From assembly GCA_964016885.1 (NCBI GenBank), contig OZ024745.1:89342001-89406000 (forward strand): a stretch of DNA of 64,000 bases. Direction: 5' to 3'. Positions 11,331-24,831 of the stretch are shown one piece after another. Under the pieces are notes generated by a model, which was not told the DNA's origin, searched no databases, and saw nothing but the letters and a program-made list of their open reading frames with translations. Position numbers and translations under genes: made by a program. This DNA is from Eledone cirrhosa (taxonomy: Eukaryota). The number at the start of each line of letters is the position of its first letter. Positions within the stretch are counted from its first letter, which is position 1.

Positions 11331-13410
11331 GAGTTTTAAGCGCATAAAAAAGCCATAGGAATTTAAGCGCTGGTCCCTATAACACAAGTGAATAGGATCT
11401 CCGTAACCTAAAGTTATATAAGCACTAATATGTTTTTAAGGTACATCCAGAAAGACCACAGTAATTAAAATCCCCGCCATGGTATACATATACAAGGTAT
11501 ACTGGTAGGTACTTGAATTACGTAGCCCATGGGTGTTCCACAAGCATATAGACAGGCAACACATAAATGAAAGCCACACACAAGCGAAGTGGGGTTATTA
11601 CAGGATAGAGCTGAGTATAACAAGTATATAGACAGGCACCACATATAAAGCAAGCTATACACAAGCAAAGCGGGGTTACTAAAGAAAGAGCTGCAGCAAA
11701 AGCCCCACAATATTATTTCAGTTACTGTAAAACCAACTGGCAAAGAGTTACTACACATGTATATTAACCGTATAGGCTAGACCAATCGGTTACATATGTC
11801 CCGATTGTCTAGGGGTTATATAGAAATAGGATTGTCATTAGATAACCAATCAGTCTAAATTATACAACATATGTAGATCGTTCAAAACTAAAAAACATAA
11901 CATCACATCTAGTAACAAGAATTACATCACCAAAAAAAACCCCATATGTTTAAGATCCCAAATCGTATAGCATAATGTGTTCAAGTTTCAGCTTCAGATT
12001 TTATATAACCAAAGTCTCCACACACAATCCAGTCAGAAACACGTCAAAAGCAGTAGCAATCCGGACAGCACGTGGGTAAACAATCTATACAAAACAGAAA
12101 AGGAAATAACACAAAGTGCACAAGTCATTAAACCCACCCAGCATGTCTGCTAGGTGGGATCAAACCCAAACATTTATACAGAGATTATATAAACAGCTTA
12201 CATACCCCGTAAATTTATAAATCTGGCTCTAAATAACACGTTACTTCGTTCATCGCCGCTAAGGGTATAAAGATGCACATCAATTGATGACGTTTTCAGT
12301 CATCAAATATTAATGACGTAAAGTGGTAAATAAAGGGGGACTACTCTAATTTATCATCTATAGGGTTATTTAATTCGAACTGCAAACAAAATAATAATAA
12401 ATAGAAACATAGAAAAATTAATATTTAATCACCAACAGAACCTCATACTAATTCGATAAATTCGACAAATATTAATGGACCTGCAGCATTGTCAAAAGTA
12501 TCACACTAAAGACTATTAAAACTCGGTTACTATATGAAAAGTCGAAAAGTCCGAAGTAGCATTACCAGTACCAAGATGGGGGAGTGTTCAAACAGGAGTA
12601 AATATTTAAACTCTACAGGAAAGGGAACTCACAAATTCCTAATGTGCAAGCCTGGTGTTCTCAATCCCGGTATGACCTGTATGTATTACCAAGGGTGGGG
12701 AGTGGGCAGAGCACGCAAGTTCCGCATTAGGGAGGGGCCAACTATTTAACTATATACGCCCAAATGGGTCTGTGGGACTAAGTCCAATTGGACGAGTCGT
12801 GGAATTACCTTCCTAGTAATAGTAATAAGTTGTTATATATGATCCAGTATCATTTGTCATCAATATTAAGGACGTTTCGCTAACTATCTATAAAATCATA
12901 TTAATACTATAAGAATTGTACAAATAAAAACGATAAAATTAATTATTATTAATGGACTTCCAGGATTGTCAGGTGCGTCGTACGATAGACCATTAAAACC
13001 CGGTTACCTAGTGATATGTCAATAAGCCCGATAACTTCACTATTTCTATTATGGGGGAGTGTTCGAACGGGTTAGGTTCAATCAGAAAGTATAAAAAAAT
13101 AGGTTCCATAGTAGATGGAGTTACAATAATCCGAATGTGCAAGCATTGTGTCCATAACCCGTGCACGAACGGCCCGTAATACCGGGTGTGAGGAGTGGGC
13201 AGTGCACGCATGTTCCAAAGCAGGGAGGGTCAAACCGTTAAACTAGAAATGCCCAAAATTGTTATTTTGAATATTCCAGGTGGGGCTAGTAGCTCAATTG
13301 CCTACTTCACAATAGCGATAGTTTGTCAAAACGATATAGTACTATTCACATCAGCGGGGACAGTACATATTACGTTATGGTAACTAACAGGGACTAAGTA
13401 CTCAATGAAA

Positions 13411-13446
<36 letters not shown>

Positions 13447-15108
13447 AATAAATGAATAAATAAATAATTAAATAAGTAAGAATTGCATGCCATAATTGGG
13501 GCAAGTCCCACTAACACCAATAACCCTCGAGTTGGGGGCCGATAGTTTGTGCTAATACTCAACCATGGCGGCCGGTGAAGGACACATGGTGGTAACCCTA
13601 GGGAATATAAACATTTGCACCGTGTGCCGGACACACTGGATAAATATCGAAAACAGGCGACATGCAAATGCAAAGGAACAGAAGTCTCCACTGTTATACA
13701 GACCCACACACCGAGGACAACTACAAGGAGGGGGGAATAGTTGGTTAAGGGACTAGAAATAATAAGGCGGGAGGTTAATAGAGTGTTTCACTGGTACTGC
13801 ATAGGGAGGAGTGATTCTTCAGCAAATCTAAGTAATTGGCTTAAAGTGGTGAAAGGAATTAAGGTTCATGTGTATACAAGAAGAGAATATCCACGATTTC
13901 CTATTGAGCAAGTTACATTTAGAGTATATTATGGCGTGAGACTCTAGAAGGCACAGGTTACAAGTTTTGCTCGGGGGCGGTAGGGCGTAGATTTAGTCAC
14001 CAACCTCCAATTGAGTGTATAATCTATACTATCATTTTTTTTTAAATGAATATATTTAGCTAGGGAGGTGGCATTCTTAAGTCTATTATAACTAAATGTA
14101 TAATTGTGGGAGTTGTATCTAGTTTTGAATGATGTAGAAGTAGAGCCCACGTATATTTTGGTGGAGGTTGCTGTTAAAACATCACATGCATAAACCATGT
14201 TTTTCATGAGGCAATTTCCTGTTAAAGGCCAATTTTCACTCCGTCTACAATTACAATTTCGGTGTGTGCTGTTGTTCGTCCCTTGGGATGGCCGTATGTT
14301 AAAACCCTCCCGACATTGAATGTGTTCTTCCGAGGTGTTGTTAGCAAACTCAGGTACCTCATTAGCCAATGTGTTAGTTTGTTGGTGGTTATTTACAGAT
14401 TTGATATCCTCGAATCCTACTCTAATGTTCCTATTATTGGTATGTGCTAGGTGGTAAGCCAGGTTTGGGGTAGTGGAGTAAGATAATTTAATCGTATTTC
14501 TATTAAATACACTATGGTATCAACTGCCAGGCGGGAAATTCTTTTCTAGGATTAAGAAGGTCTGGGAATGTTAGTTAAGACTTCAGAGTTGTATGGTCGG
14601 TTAAAGAAAGTGTTCATTCTTCTTCTATTTTTCTATCTTTCCCCACTACAGTCCGGTTAATATTAGAATTACCCCCCCCCCCCCACCGCCGACAAAACCA
14701 GTGCCACTATATACCTGCTGTGAAACTCTCGCATTATTTTGGTCAAACGCCCACTAGGATCACCACCATGCGAAAAGGTTCTAGATCTCAACACACTGCT
14801 ATTAGTGTAACCAGTAGGAGTATGTGGAGGATGTACAGCAGGGGCAGTCAGTCTGGGCAGGGCTGAATTAATCACCGTATGGGTCTTATCCAAAGTCCTA
14901 TTACTATTACTATTATTATTCAAAGACATATTGTGCGTGATAATACTATTATCTCCAGCATGGGTTGATTGGGAGCTAGTAAGTACGTAATATAGTTTAT
15001 TCCTATAGCTAGACTTAGCTAGTGCCTCGTTATAATAATCCATATTAGAGTTGAAAATGCCCTCATTACAAGATAAAGGCTAATTATATTAGATACTCCT
15101 TTAATAAT

Positions 15109-15286
15109 TGTTTCTACTTTAGGCACAAGGCCAGCAATTACCCAGTACATTACTGGTTCATTATTTTATCGACCCCGTAAGGATGAAAGGCAAATTCAAT
15201 ATCGGCGGGATTTGAACAAAGCTCGTAAAGGGACGTAACTATGCTGGAAAGCATGGCGTCCCACCCTCTACTGATACTGCCAATTC
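15109..15286 (-). mobile_element. tRNA-derived SINE inserted in the PLE RT
   Basis: A-box-like TGGCAGTATC.G, B-box-like GTTCAAATCC, central GCCTTTCATCCTTACGGGGTCGATAAAAT, tail CCTTGTGCCTAAAGTAGAAACAATTAT. Confidence 0.92.
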
Positions 15287-15841
15287 AATAATAATAGCAT
15301 TCAGTACTGATTTAGGATGGTTGGAATTAGCATTCACATATGTTAGTCTCTCATTAGGTTTAGGATAAGGTGTGAAAATCTTATTTTCTAGGTCAAGTGT
15401 TACATCTAAGAAGTTCACTGTTCTATTATTCTTATCTATAGTTATACTAAGGTTAAAACCTTTAAGAAATTTACGCAGGTCCTTCTTTGTCCTATCAAGT
15501 TTATATTTGTTATGCTCAAGGGTAAGGAGGGCGTCGTCTCGGTTTAAACCACAGCGAAGATATGGAAGTGCCTTATGCAGCTCATGTCGTAGGTAAAGTC
15601 CGACTAAATCAGTTACCTGAGCAGAGTCACCGGATCCCATTGTGATATCAAAGTTGTTTATATATGCATATATATATATACACATACACACACACACATA
15701 TACACCAACATATACATATATATATATACACACACATGCATACCCCTACACATACATGTACATACATACTCGTACACATAACCATACACATACATATACA
15801 TATATATATACATACATATATATACACACACACATATATAT

Positions 15842-15876
<35 letters not shown>

Positions 15877-15900
15877 CATACACATATATATACACATACT

Positions 15901-15935
<35 letters not shown>

Positions 15936-16089
15936 CACACATAGGCACGTGCATACATACACATATATACACACACACAAATGCACACATACATATAAAC
16001 ATGTACTCACATATCTGTATACCTACAAACACATATATAAAAGACAAAAAAAAAACATCTATACATACATATATGTACACACATCTACT

Positions 16090-16800
16090 CAAGTGTTTAA
16101 GTTCACATATACATTGTACATTGGTGTGGGGAGGGGAAATTAATGAAATGTTATTGTACCTCAGCGATCGAATGTTTGAAAGTACAGGTGTCATCAACTA
16201 TTTTTCTTTTTCAATATGAGATTTTTTTAAAAGAAAAGAGAGGGGGAGAATCCCGTTACTTGAAGATGGAATATCACTTGTTTGTGTTCAGTAGTGGTTT
16301 GTATTTTCTAATAAAGAATACTTCTTTATATTTTCGGAAATGTTCGTTGTCCGACCATATCTTAAAGAAGGGGAAAATTGTGAAATTTCCCTTTCCGCAT
16401 CTTGCGAAGTGTTCACTGCATGTGGTTTTCTGGTAGAGGGGTCTCTAATTTGTTGTTTATGTCCTCGAACTCATGTAAACCTGTTCCGGTTTCACCAATG
16501 TATTATTCTTTACATTGTGGTTGGGTTGCACAGTAAATCAAGGTTTTGGTTTTGCAATTTATGTTTGCATTAACTGTGAAGGACTGGTTGTTTTTAAAGG
16601 AGATTTTTCCACCCTCTTCAATGTGTTCGCAAGTTCCGCATCGAGTTTACCCGCATTTCTCAACACAACCTGATCTCAGTTTGACAATCGCCACCGACGA
16701 ATGCGAGAAAGTTCTCCAACAAAGTTAACCAGGAATCTTTAAAATTCTTCCCACCGAAGTTAACAAAGAACTTATTAGATCTACCAACTCATAATATTAT
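16090..16800 (-). mobile_element. PLE GIY-YIG 3' fragment
   Basis: Minus strand: KCG*TRCGTCEHI, NCKTKTLIYC..QC..YIGETG, RKYKEVFFIRKYKPLLN. Confidence 0.85.
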
Positions 16801-16801
16801 G

Positions 16802-16821
16802 TCTATATATAAAACTGAGTA

Positions 16822-16911
<90 letters not shown>

Positions 16912-17505
16912 TTTGAATCCCTAAAACTCGAGAAGTACCCAACAATTTTTTTTCAAACTTTACATGTGTATTACCTATGTTTCAGGGAGTGTTATGCACA
17001 TAAAAATCCAACTTTTTGATCCCCTAGGGCTCGCAGTAGGTGAAAGACTGCGTTTTTTCAGATCTTTAGGGTTTTTTTGAGGCGTTACGTCAGACCGATT
17101 TCCTTGAAATTGTAACTATGTGTTAGTGAGTCTATTCTTCATATCGTGAGCAAAAAAAATCCAACTTTTTTATGGCCTAGAGCCCGCATTAGGTGAACAA
17201 CTTTATTTTTTCAGCTTTTTAGGGATTTTTTGAGGCGTTACATCTAGCCGATTTTCCCGAAATTTCAAGGCAGATTATGCACATAAGAAAAATTCATTTT
17301 CTTGATCCCCTAGGGCCCACATTAGGTGAAAACCTAGATTTTTCCTGCTTCACCGTGGAAAATCTTAAAGATTATCCAGCCCTCAGTGTATTCGGTATAT
17401 TTTCTTTACATATTGTCCAGGCATGCAGTTTTTCCACGATTAGGTCTGTTGGCGGCTGGCGTTCCAAAATACCTTATCCCGTGCAACGCCGGGTACTACT
17501 GCTAG
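16802..17505 (+). mobile_element. Non-autonomous Helitron
   Basis: 5' TC. 3' hairpin CCCGTGCAACGCCGGG followed by CTAG|T. Three internal subrepeats of about 150 bp. Confidence 0.85.
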
Positions 17506-17792
17506 TATATATATATATATACTTCGTTTTGTTTTGTTGTTGCTCTTCTTTATTCTGTCCAATATTTCGTGTGTGTGTGTGTGTGAGTCCCGGATTCATT
17601 GGGTGGCAACCACAGTTATTAAGGTACTCAATACTTTAGTAGAGTGTAAACATAAAGTATATATAGAAATAGCTTCGGCAGGACAATAATTATTTCTGAT
17701 GATTTATTTTGAATGAAACAGTTGTGGTCCTGTAAAATCCATTTCTCCCCCACCCTCTCTATATATATCTACAGACACATTCACCTCATATA

Positions 17793-17859
<67 letters not shown>

Positions 17860-17864
17860 GGTGT

Positions 17865-18165
17865 TGGATGCTTAAAGCGTCCGTATGAGCACTCGATGCT
17901 CTCATACAGCAGAGTATGATATCACAGATAAGTAAGAGAATCGGTGTTGCGACGAATGGAATTTAATGGACATATTACAATCGTTTCTCTGGCGACCAGC
18001 TCGAGTCACGATCGATGTGATCATTGAACCTGACTCTGAAAATCGCAAGGTCCTAAGATACGTCTTGATTCGTAGAATCAAAACGTATCTGAGGACCTTG
18101 CGATTGTAATATGTCCAATTTATTCCATTCGTCGCAAAACTGATTCTCTGTTTTTCTGTGATATA
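17865..18165. repeat. Fold-back element related to 9500-9879 (right arm has an internal deletion)
   Basis: Same leader (ATGCTC..ACAG..CAGAGTATGATA). Arms ATCACAGA..GCGACGAATGGAAT..GGACATATTACAATCG and its reverse complement. Inner stem AATCGCAAGGTCCT/AGGACCTTGCGATT. Confidence 0.85.
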
Positions 18166-19168
18166 TATATATGAGTGTATGTGTATGTCTCCCTGTGATG
18201 AATTATTTAAAAAGGAAACCCAGTAAAATTAATGTATGCAATCTTTATGTTTACTTTATTCAGTTCACTTCACAAATCTGTAAATGTGAAACACTCCAAT
18301 TACATTATTATATATAATTCATAATCAAAAACACCTATAAATTGATTATTCGATTGGCTCAGGTTTAATGAGAAACAGGAATTGAATTCCCTTCTCCTCT
18401 CAGTATAACCTACATATGTACGTAATTTTTAACATACCTGCTCACCTTCTAAATAATATATTTCATTTTGGGATATCTAAACTAGATTTCAATGCCCCGA
18501 TACCACCCTAATTTCGATTCTCATCAGACATTCTTTCAATTCCCTTTCATCATTTATGCTAGTGATAAATGAAAGTCAGACAATTACCAAGCATTTCATA
18601 ATTTTATGACAATTTACTATGGTCAGCGGTAATTGGGTGATAATGGTGATAAAGTTAGTGGTGATAAATTTGGTGATGATTATGTTAATGGTGATTACCT
18701 TATTGATTGTAAGATTTAATATTCTATCACAGCAGTTCTTAGGAAAGGGCATGTAACGTGTAGTAATATGTAACGTGTAGTAATATGAAATAGAGGTTTC
18801 GCGACATTTTGTTTAGTCTGTGCTGTATTTGAATCTAGATTTCGATCAATTTAGCCTTGTAAAAAAGAATGAAAGGAAATACAAGTAACAATGTTTAATG
18901 GAGAATTATGAAAAAAATTATTGATTTCCTGGCGCCAAGCTCTCATATCTGTGTGGTATAGGATATAGGTTTGTGCATTATATATATGACTCTCAAAAGA
19001 GCATTACGTATACCAACGTGAAAAGTAACTCGGTCAGGGATTCGGTTCTCCAATAATCGATGTTTTATCAACTGTTCTCTCTGTTATACACACGCTCACA
19101 CACATACATATATATATAGACATTCATACATGTATACATACATAAGTATGTACATACATACATACATA

Positions 19169-21066
19169 CTTATCATTAAACCCCTTGTCCTTTCTGATAA
19201 AGAAATGTGAAGGATACATCATTGGCTCACAGGAGGACAGAAATACGAACCTAACCCAAAATTTCTTTGTGGACGATCTGAAACTCTATGCCAAGAACAT
19301 GGATGGGATGAAGAAAAATCTTGACCTGGTTATAACGTTCTCAAAGGATATAGGAATGGAGTTTGGCCAAGATTAATGCTCATACGTGACTGTAAAGCGG
19401 AGAAAGACAACAACCCAATATAGCAACATTGTCATCAATGGTCTAACTGTTTCACCGATATCTGATGAGGACTGCTACAGATACCTGGGGATAGATGGGA
19501 ACATATCCTATAATGGTATCTGTAATAAAGAACGCGTAACCAGGGAATACTACACCCGATTAAGAAAGATTTGGTCATCGGAACTCTCTGCGTAAAACTA
19601 AACAGTGGCTCACAATGTGTTTGCTGTGCCTGTCCTAACACCAACGTTTGGAATACTCAATTGGACGACAGACGAACTCCGAGCAGTTGTTGTTGGAACT
19701 CGAAAAATACTAAACAACACCGGAAACTTCCACATCAACAGTGACATAGACCGCCTTTACTTGAAACGTAAGCAGGGAGGCAGAGGCCTAACATCAGTTC
19801 AGACAACATTTGAATGTCACATCATATCTCTCCGACAACATCTAAGAACCTCGAAGCGTAGGAGCCCGGTTCTCGAGCAAGTCTATCTGCATGAAACAGA
19901 TAAGATCATGAGAGTTGGGAAGGAACTCCTCGAGAGATATTCCCTGTGTGATAATCAAAAACTCACACGCAGGGATATCGCTCAGCAGTATCGCAGTGAA
20001 TCCATGAATGAAAAACTGCATGCTTATCAGCAAAAAAATCATGCATGGATATGTTGCCAGCAAGCTCCAGAGTGAGAGTAATATAGATAAGGAAAGTAGT
20101 CTATCTTGGACCAACAACCGCTATATTGGCTCCCACTTTGAAGGATACGCTTTTGCAATCCAAGAACAGGAGATTAACACGAAATACCTGATTCACAAAA
20201 GAGATATGGATGCAGGCAAAACACCTAGATGTGATAACAAGTGCAGATTCTGCAGAACTAACATCGAGGATATATCACCCATGTCATCAGCAGCTGTCCA
20301 AAGATGTCATCGCGGTACTATCTACCTAAGAGGCATGATGTAGTGGCCAAAACAGTGTACAATGCAGTTCGTAAAAAATATAGCCCCGATAATAAACACA
20401 TTAAAAGCTACAGCAATGTGGAAGACATCCATGTACATAATATGAAAGAGTACTGGTGGAATGTTCCAGTAAAAACCCCAATAAAGTGCAGGCATAACAG
20501 ACCAAATATTATGATATGGGACAAGGAGAAGAAAGCATGCACAGTAGTGGAAATTAGCTGCCCAGCAGATGCCAATATAATATCAGAGATTAGTGAAAAG
20601 GAAAATATTTATGCAGAACTGATGAGAAATCTGCAGATACTCCATCCTGATTACACCTTTTAGATTTATCCTGTGATTATTGGAGCACTGGGGTATGTTA
20701 GTAACTGCCTCAATACAAATCTTGAGAAGCTAGGCTTGACAGGAACAGAAAGAACACAACTAGTTATGAAATTACAAGTATAATCCATTAATGGAACAGT
20801 AAAAATATGTAAAACATTCCAAACATTTTGCATCTAATAACTGCATATACACATGTACAGATACAAAGCATATACACATGCGCATATACAACTCAAAACA
20901 TCCACATACACACATACAATAAAATCCATATCTACACGTGCATGCATACATACATATCTACCTAGTTAATGTTGTCTAAATTCCAATGAGAGAGTCTTGT
21001 GTCTATGTTAGAAACCGAATCTCTCTCTATTGGTGTGAACGTTGTGAAATTATAAAACCAGAAGAA
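19169..21066 (+). mobile_element. R4/Dong-clade non-LTR retrotransposon copy A (5'-truncated)
   Basis: LSLNPLS, FFVDDLKLYAK, YRYLG, RLYLKRKQGGRGL, CCHC knuckle CRFC..H...C, REL nuclease RHD..NRP(N/D)I...E..CP..K..Y. Ends ACCAGAAGAA(CATA)n. Confidence 0.93.
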
Positions 21067-21086
21067 CATACATACATACATACATA

Positions 21087-24050
21087 GGATATGTGACAAT
21101 GCTCCTTAATGCAAACAAACACAAAAAAACCTCACTCCTCACCAATAAAGAGTGCAAAATGAAATAGAAACGAAGTTTGGTAACAGTAGAACCAGAACTC
21201 TCCAATATAAGCTGATCACCCTCAAACAAGAATTGAGAGCTGTTAGCGAAAGACGTCGATACCTGAAGAAGGTAGATGAAAGAAAAGTGCTTAATAAAAG
21301 ATTCAGACGAAACCAAACGTCAGACTATACTGATATGAATGACAAATTAATAAGTATCACTGAGACCCAACCCCAGAAAGACAGATTACTTTTGGAGAAA
21401 AATATTGGGTGGTAAGAAGAATTTCAACCTAGATGCAGTGTGGCTAAAAGAAATCCGAAAGAACTATTGCTCCTACACTACATCAAAAATATACGAAATA
21501 AGTGACGGTACTCTTGAGACTGTGACAGGAAAAACTCCAAGATAAGAAAACACCAGGAAGAGACATGATTGTCGGATACTGGTACAAAAAACTGATATTC
21601 TATCGGAGGTGTCTTACTGACCTCTACCAACAAGTTCTTAAGGGAGATACACTCAATACCAGAATGGTTGACATTAGCGCAAGAACAGACACACCCATTG
21701 CATGCCAAACTACTGACCCATTGCATGCCAAACTACCGACCCATTGCATTCCAAACTACCGACCCATTGCATGCCAAAACCTGATGTATAATATGTATAC
21801 AGCCTGCCTGAACCTATTCCTCCAAGATCACTGTGAGAATATTAACATCATCACAGATGAACAAGCAGCTGGAAAGAAAGGGCTTTGGGGATGTGCTGAA
21901 CAACTCGTAATCAACAAAACTGCGATGTCGGAAGTGCGACTACTTAAGAGGAATATGGCTACAGTCTGGCTGGACTACAGGAAAGCTTTCGATTCTGTTC
22001 CCCACTCTTGGATGATAGAGGCCCTCCAACTTGCTAAAGTCCCAGACATTATTGTCAGAGCCATAGAGAAACTGTATTCTTCTTGGGCTACTATCCTAAG
22101 GTTAAAGACTGAGAGGGAGGACTCTATTTTCACTGATAAAATAAAATATCGGAGTGTATAATACAGGGAGACAGTCTCTCTGTGATATTATTCATCCTGT
22201 CATTAAACCCCTTGTCCTTTCTGCTCAAGAAATACGAATGATACATCAATGGCTAACAGGAGAGAAATATGAATCTAACCCATAATTTCTCTGTGGATGA
22301 TCTGAAACTCTATGCCAAGAACATGGATGGGATGAAGAAAAATCTTGACCCGGTTACAACGTTCTCAAAGGATATAGGAATGGAGTTATATGACTGTAAA
22401 TATGACTGTAAAGGGAGAAAAACAACAACCCAATATAGCAACATTGTCATCAATGGCCTAACTGTTACACCGATATCTGATGAGGACTGCTACAAATACC
22501 TGGGTATAGACGAGAATATATCCTATAATGGTATCTGTAATAAGGTACGCGTAACCAGGGAATACTACACCCGATTAAGAAAGATTTGGTTAACGGAACT
22601 CTCTGCGCAAAGCAAAAAAGTGGCTCACAATGTGTTTGCTGTGTCTTTCCTAACACCAACGTTTGGAATAGTCAATTAGACTATAGACGAAATCCGAGCA
22701 GTTGATGTTAGAACTCTAAAAATACTAAACAACACCGGAAACTTCCACATCATTAGTGACATAGACCGCCTTTACTTGAAACGTAAGCAGGGAGGCAGAG
22801 GCATAACATCAGTCCAGACAACATTTGAATGTCACATCATATCTCTCCGACAACATCTAGGAACCTCGAAGCGTAGGAGCCCGGTTCTCGAGCAAGTCTA
22901 TCTGCATGAAACAGATAATATCATGAGAGTTGGAAAGGAATTCCTCGAGAGATATTCCCTGTGTGATAATCAAAAACTCACACCCAGCGATGTCGCTCAG
23001 CAGTATCGCAGTGAATCCATGAATGAAAAACTGCATGCTTATCAGTAAAAGATCATGCATGGATATGTTGCCAGCAAGCTCCAGAGTGAGAGTAATATAT
23101 ATAAGGAAAGTAGTCTTGGACCAACAACCGATATATTGGCTCCCACTTTGAAGGATATGCTTTTGCAATCCAAGAACAGGAGATTAACACGAAATACCTG
23201 ATTCACGAAAGAGATAGGGATACAGGCAAAACACCTAGATGTGATAACAAGTGCAGATTCTGCAAAGATGTCATCGCGGTACTATCTTCCTATGAAGCAT
23301 GATGTAGTGGACAAAACACTGTACGATGCAATCCGTAGAAAAGATAGCCCCGATAATAAACACATTAAAAGCTACAGCAATGTGGAAGACATCCATGTAC
23401 ATAATATGAAAGAGTACTGGTGGAATGTTGCAGTAAAAACCCCAATAAAATGCAGGCATAACAGACCAGATATTATGATATGGGGCAGGGAGAAGAAAGC
23501 ATGCACAGTAGTGGAAATTAGCTGCCCAGCAGATGCCAATATAATATCAAAGATTAGCGAAAAGGAGAATATTTATGCAGAACTGATGAGAAATCTACAG
23601 ATACTCCACCCTGATTATACCTTCAGATTTATACCTGGGATTATTTGGACATTGGGTTATGTTAGTAACGGCCTCAATACAAATCTTGAGAAGCTGGGCT
23701 TCACAGAAACAGAAGGAACACAACTAGTTAGGAAATTACAAGTACAATCCATTAATGTAACAGTAAAAATATGTAAAACATTCCAAAAATTGTGCATCTA
23801 ATAACTAATGTGCAGATTTTTCATCTAATAACTAATGTACAGATACAAAGCGTATGCACATGCACACATACATCTCAAAACATCCACATCCACACATACA
23901 ATAACATCCATACCTGCACACACATGCATGCAGACATACATATCTACCTAGTTGATGTTTGTAAATTCCAATGAGAGAGTCTTGTGTCTATCTTAGAAAC
24001 CGACTCTCCCTCTATTGGCAAACATTTTTGAAATTATAAAACCAGAAGAA
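21087..24050 (+). mobile_element. R4/Dong-clade LINE copy B
   Basis: NYRPIAC, EQAAGKKG.WGC, WLDYRKAFDSVPHSW, QGDSLS, VDDLKLYAK, NRPDIMIW..EISCP. Same 3' end as copy A. Many stops and deletions. Confidence 0.95.
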
Positions 24051-24085
24051 CATACATACATGCATACATAGATATATACATACAT

Positions 24086-24831
24086 GGAGTTCCGACAAGT
24101 TTATGATATCCAAACTTGAGGGATATTTCTATGCAATATAGGAACAAGAAATCCCTACCAAATATCTGCTACACAAAAGAGGAAGGTCATCAGTTGACAA
24201 TAAACGTAGGACTAGAAGATCGAAGATTTTAGCCACATTGTTGCCCAGTGTGAAAAAATGTCGTCTCATTACTACCTTCCTCTGAGACACGAGGTGATTG
24301 CTAGAACCATCTGGCATGTACTAAAGAAAAAAGAATTCAAAACAAATGAAGAGGAATGTGTTGAGATGGATGGCACTAAGGAATACTTGTTGAATCTGAA
24401 AATAATAACTGCCACCAAATTATAGTATAACCGCCCTGATATTGGTGTTTGGGACCACACATTGAAAACATGATCTGTTGCAGAGATCAGCTTGATGTCA
24501 ACGTTGTAAGAATACAGGAGAAGGAGTGCATCTACGGACCATTGATGAGGTGTCTGTAGATCCAGTATCCAATATAGATCTTCAGTTTCATAACCATTAT
24601 TATTTGAACTACAGGTTATATAACAAACCGCTTGGACCAAAGTATGACTGAACTTGGATATGTGGACAAAGAGTGCAGCTCCCTAATTCATAGACTACAA
24701 ATGGCTGCTATAGCTGGCACCTTCAAAATTTGCAAAACATTCTTGCGATTCAAGGGATGACGATTTCTTTTCTTTTATAACCTAGCCACCAGGAGGTTAG
24801 CCGACAAAAATGTACTCGGAATTAAGAGAAA
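24086..24831 (+). mobile_element. Diverged R4/Dong-clade LINE 3' fragment (copy C)
   Basis: EGYFYAI*EQEIPTKYL, MSSHYYLPLRHE, YNRPDIGVWD, KICKTFL. Followed by CATA-type repeats. Confidence 0.85.

Larger units (their letters stand above)
10780..15657 (-). mobile_element. Penelope-like element (Cys-rich linker, Neptune-like), 5'-truncated, with about 3 kb 3' region ending in a hammerhead
   Basis: FDITMGSGDSAQVTDLVGLY, RDDAL, NFLDVTLDL, YVNANSNHP, FNRNTIKLSYS, CNCR, MVY..IYVGST..FKTRYNSH, CNLCLLE. Coding remnant spans about 13828-15655. Assigning 10780-13828 to the same element is inference. Confidence 0.85.

Noticed and set aside
18491-18532. Minus-strand CTGATGAGAATCGAAA motif
   Set aside because: Stem II is nearly absent and stem I needs a 3-nt bulge at the cleavage site; compatible with chance.
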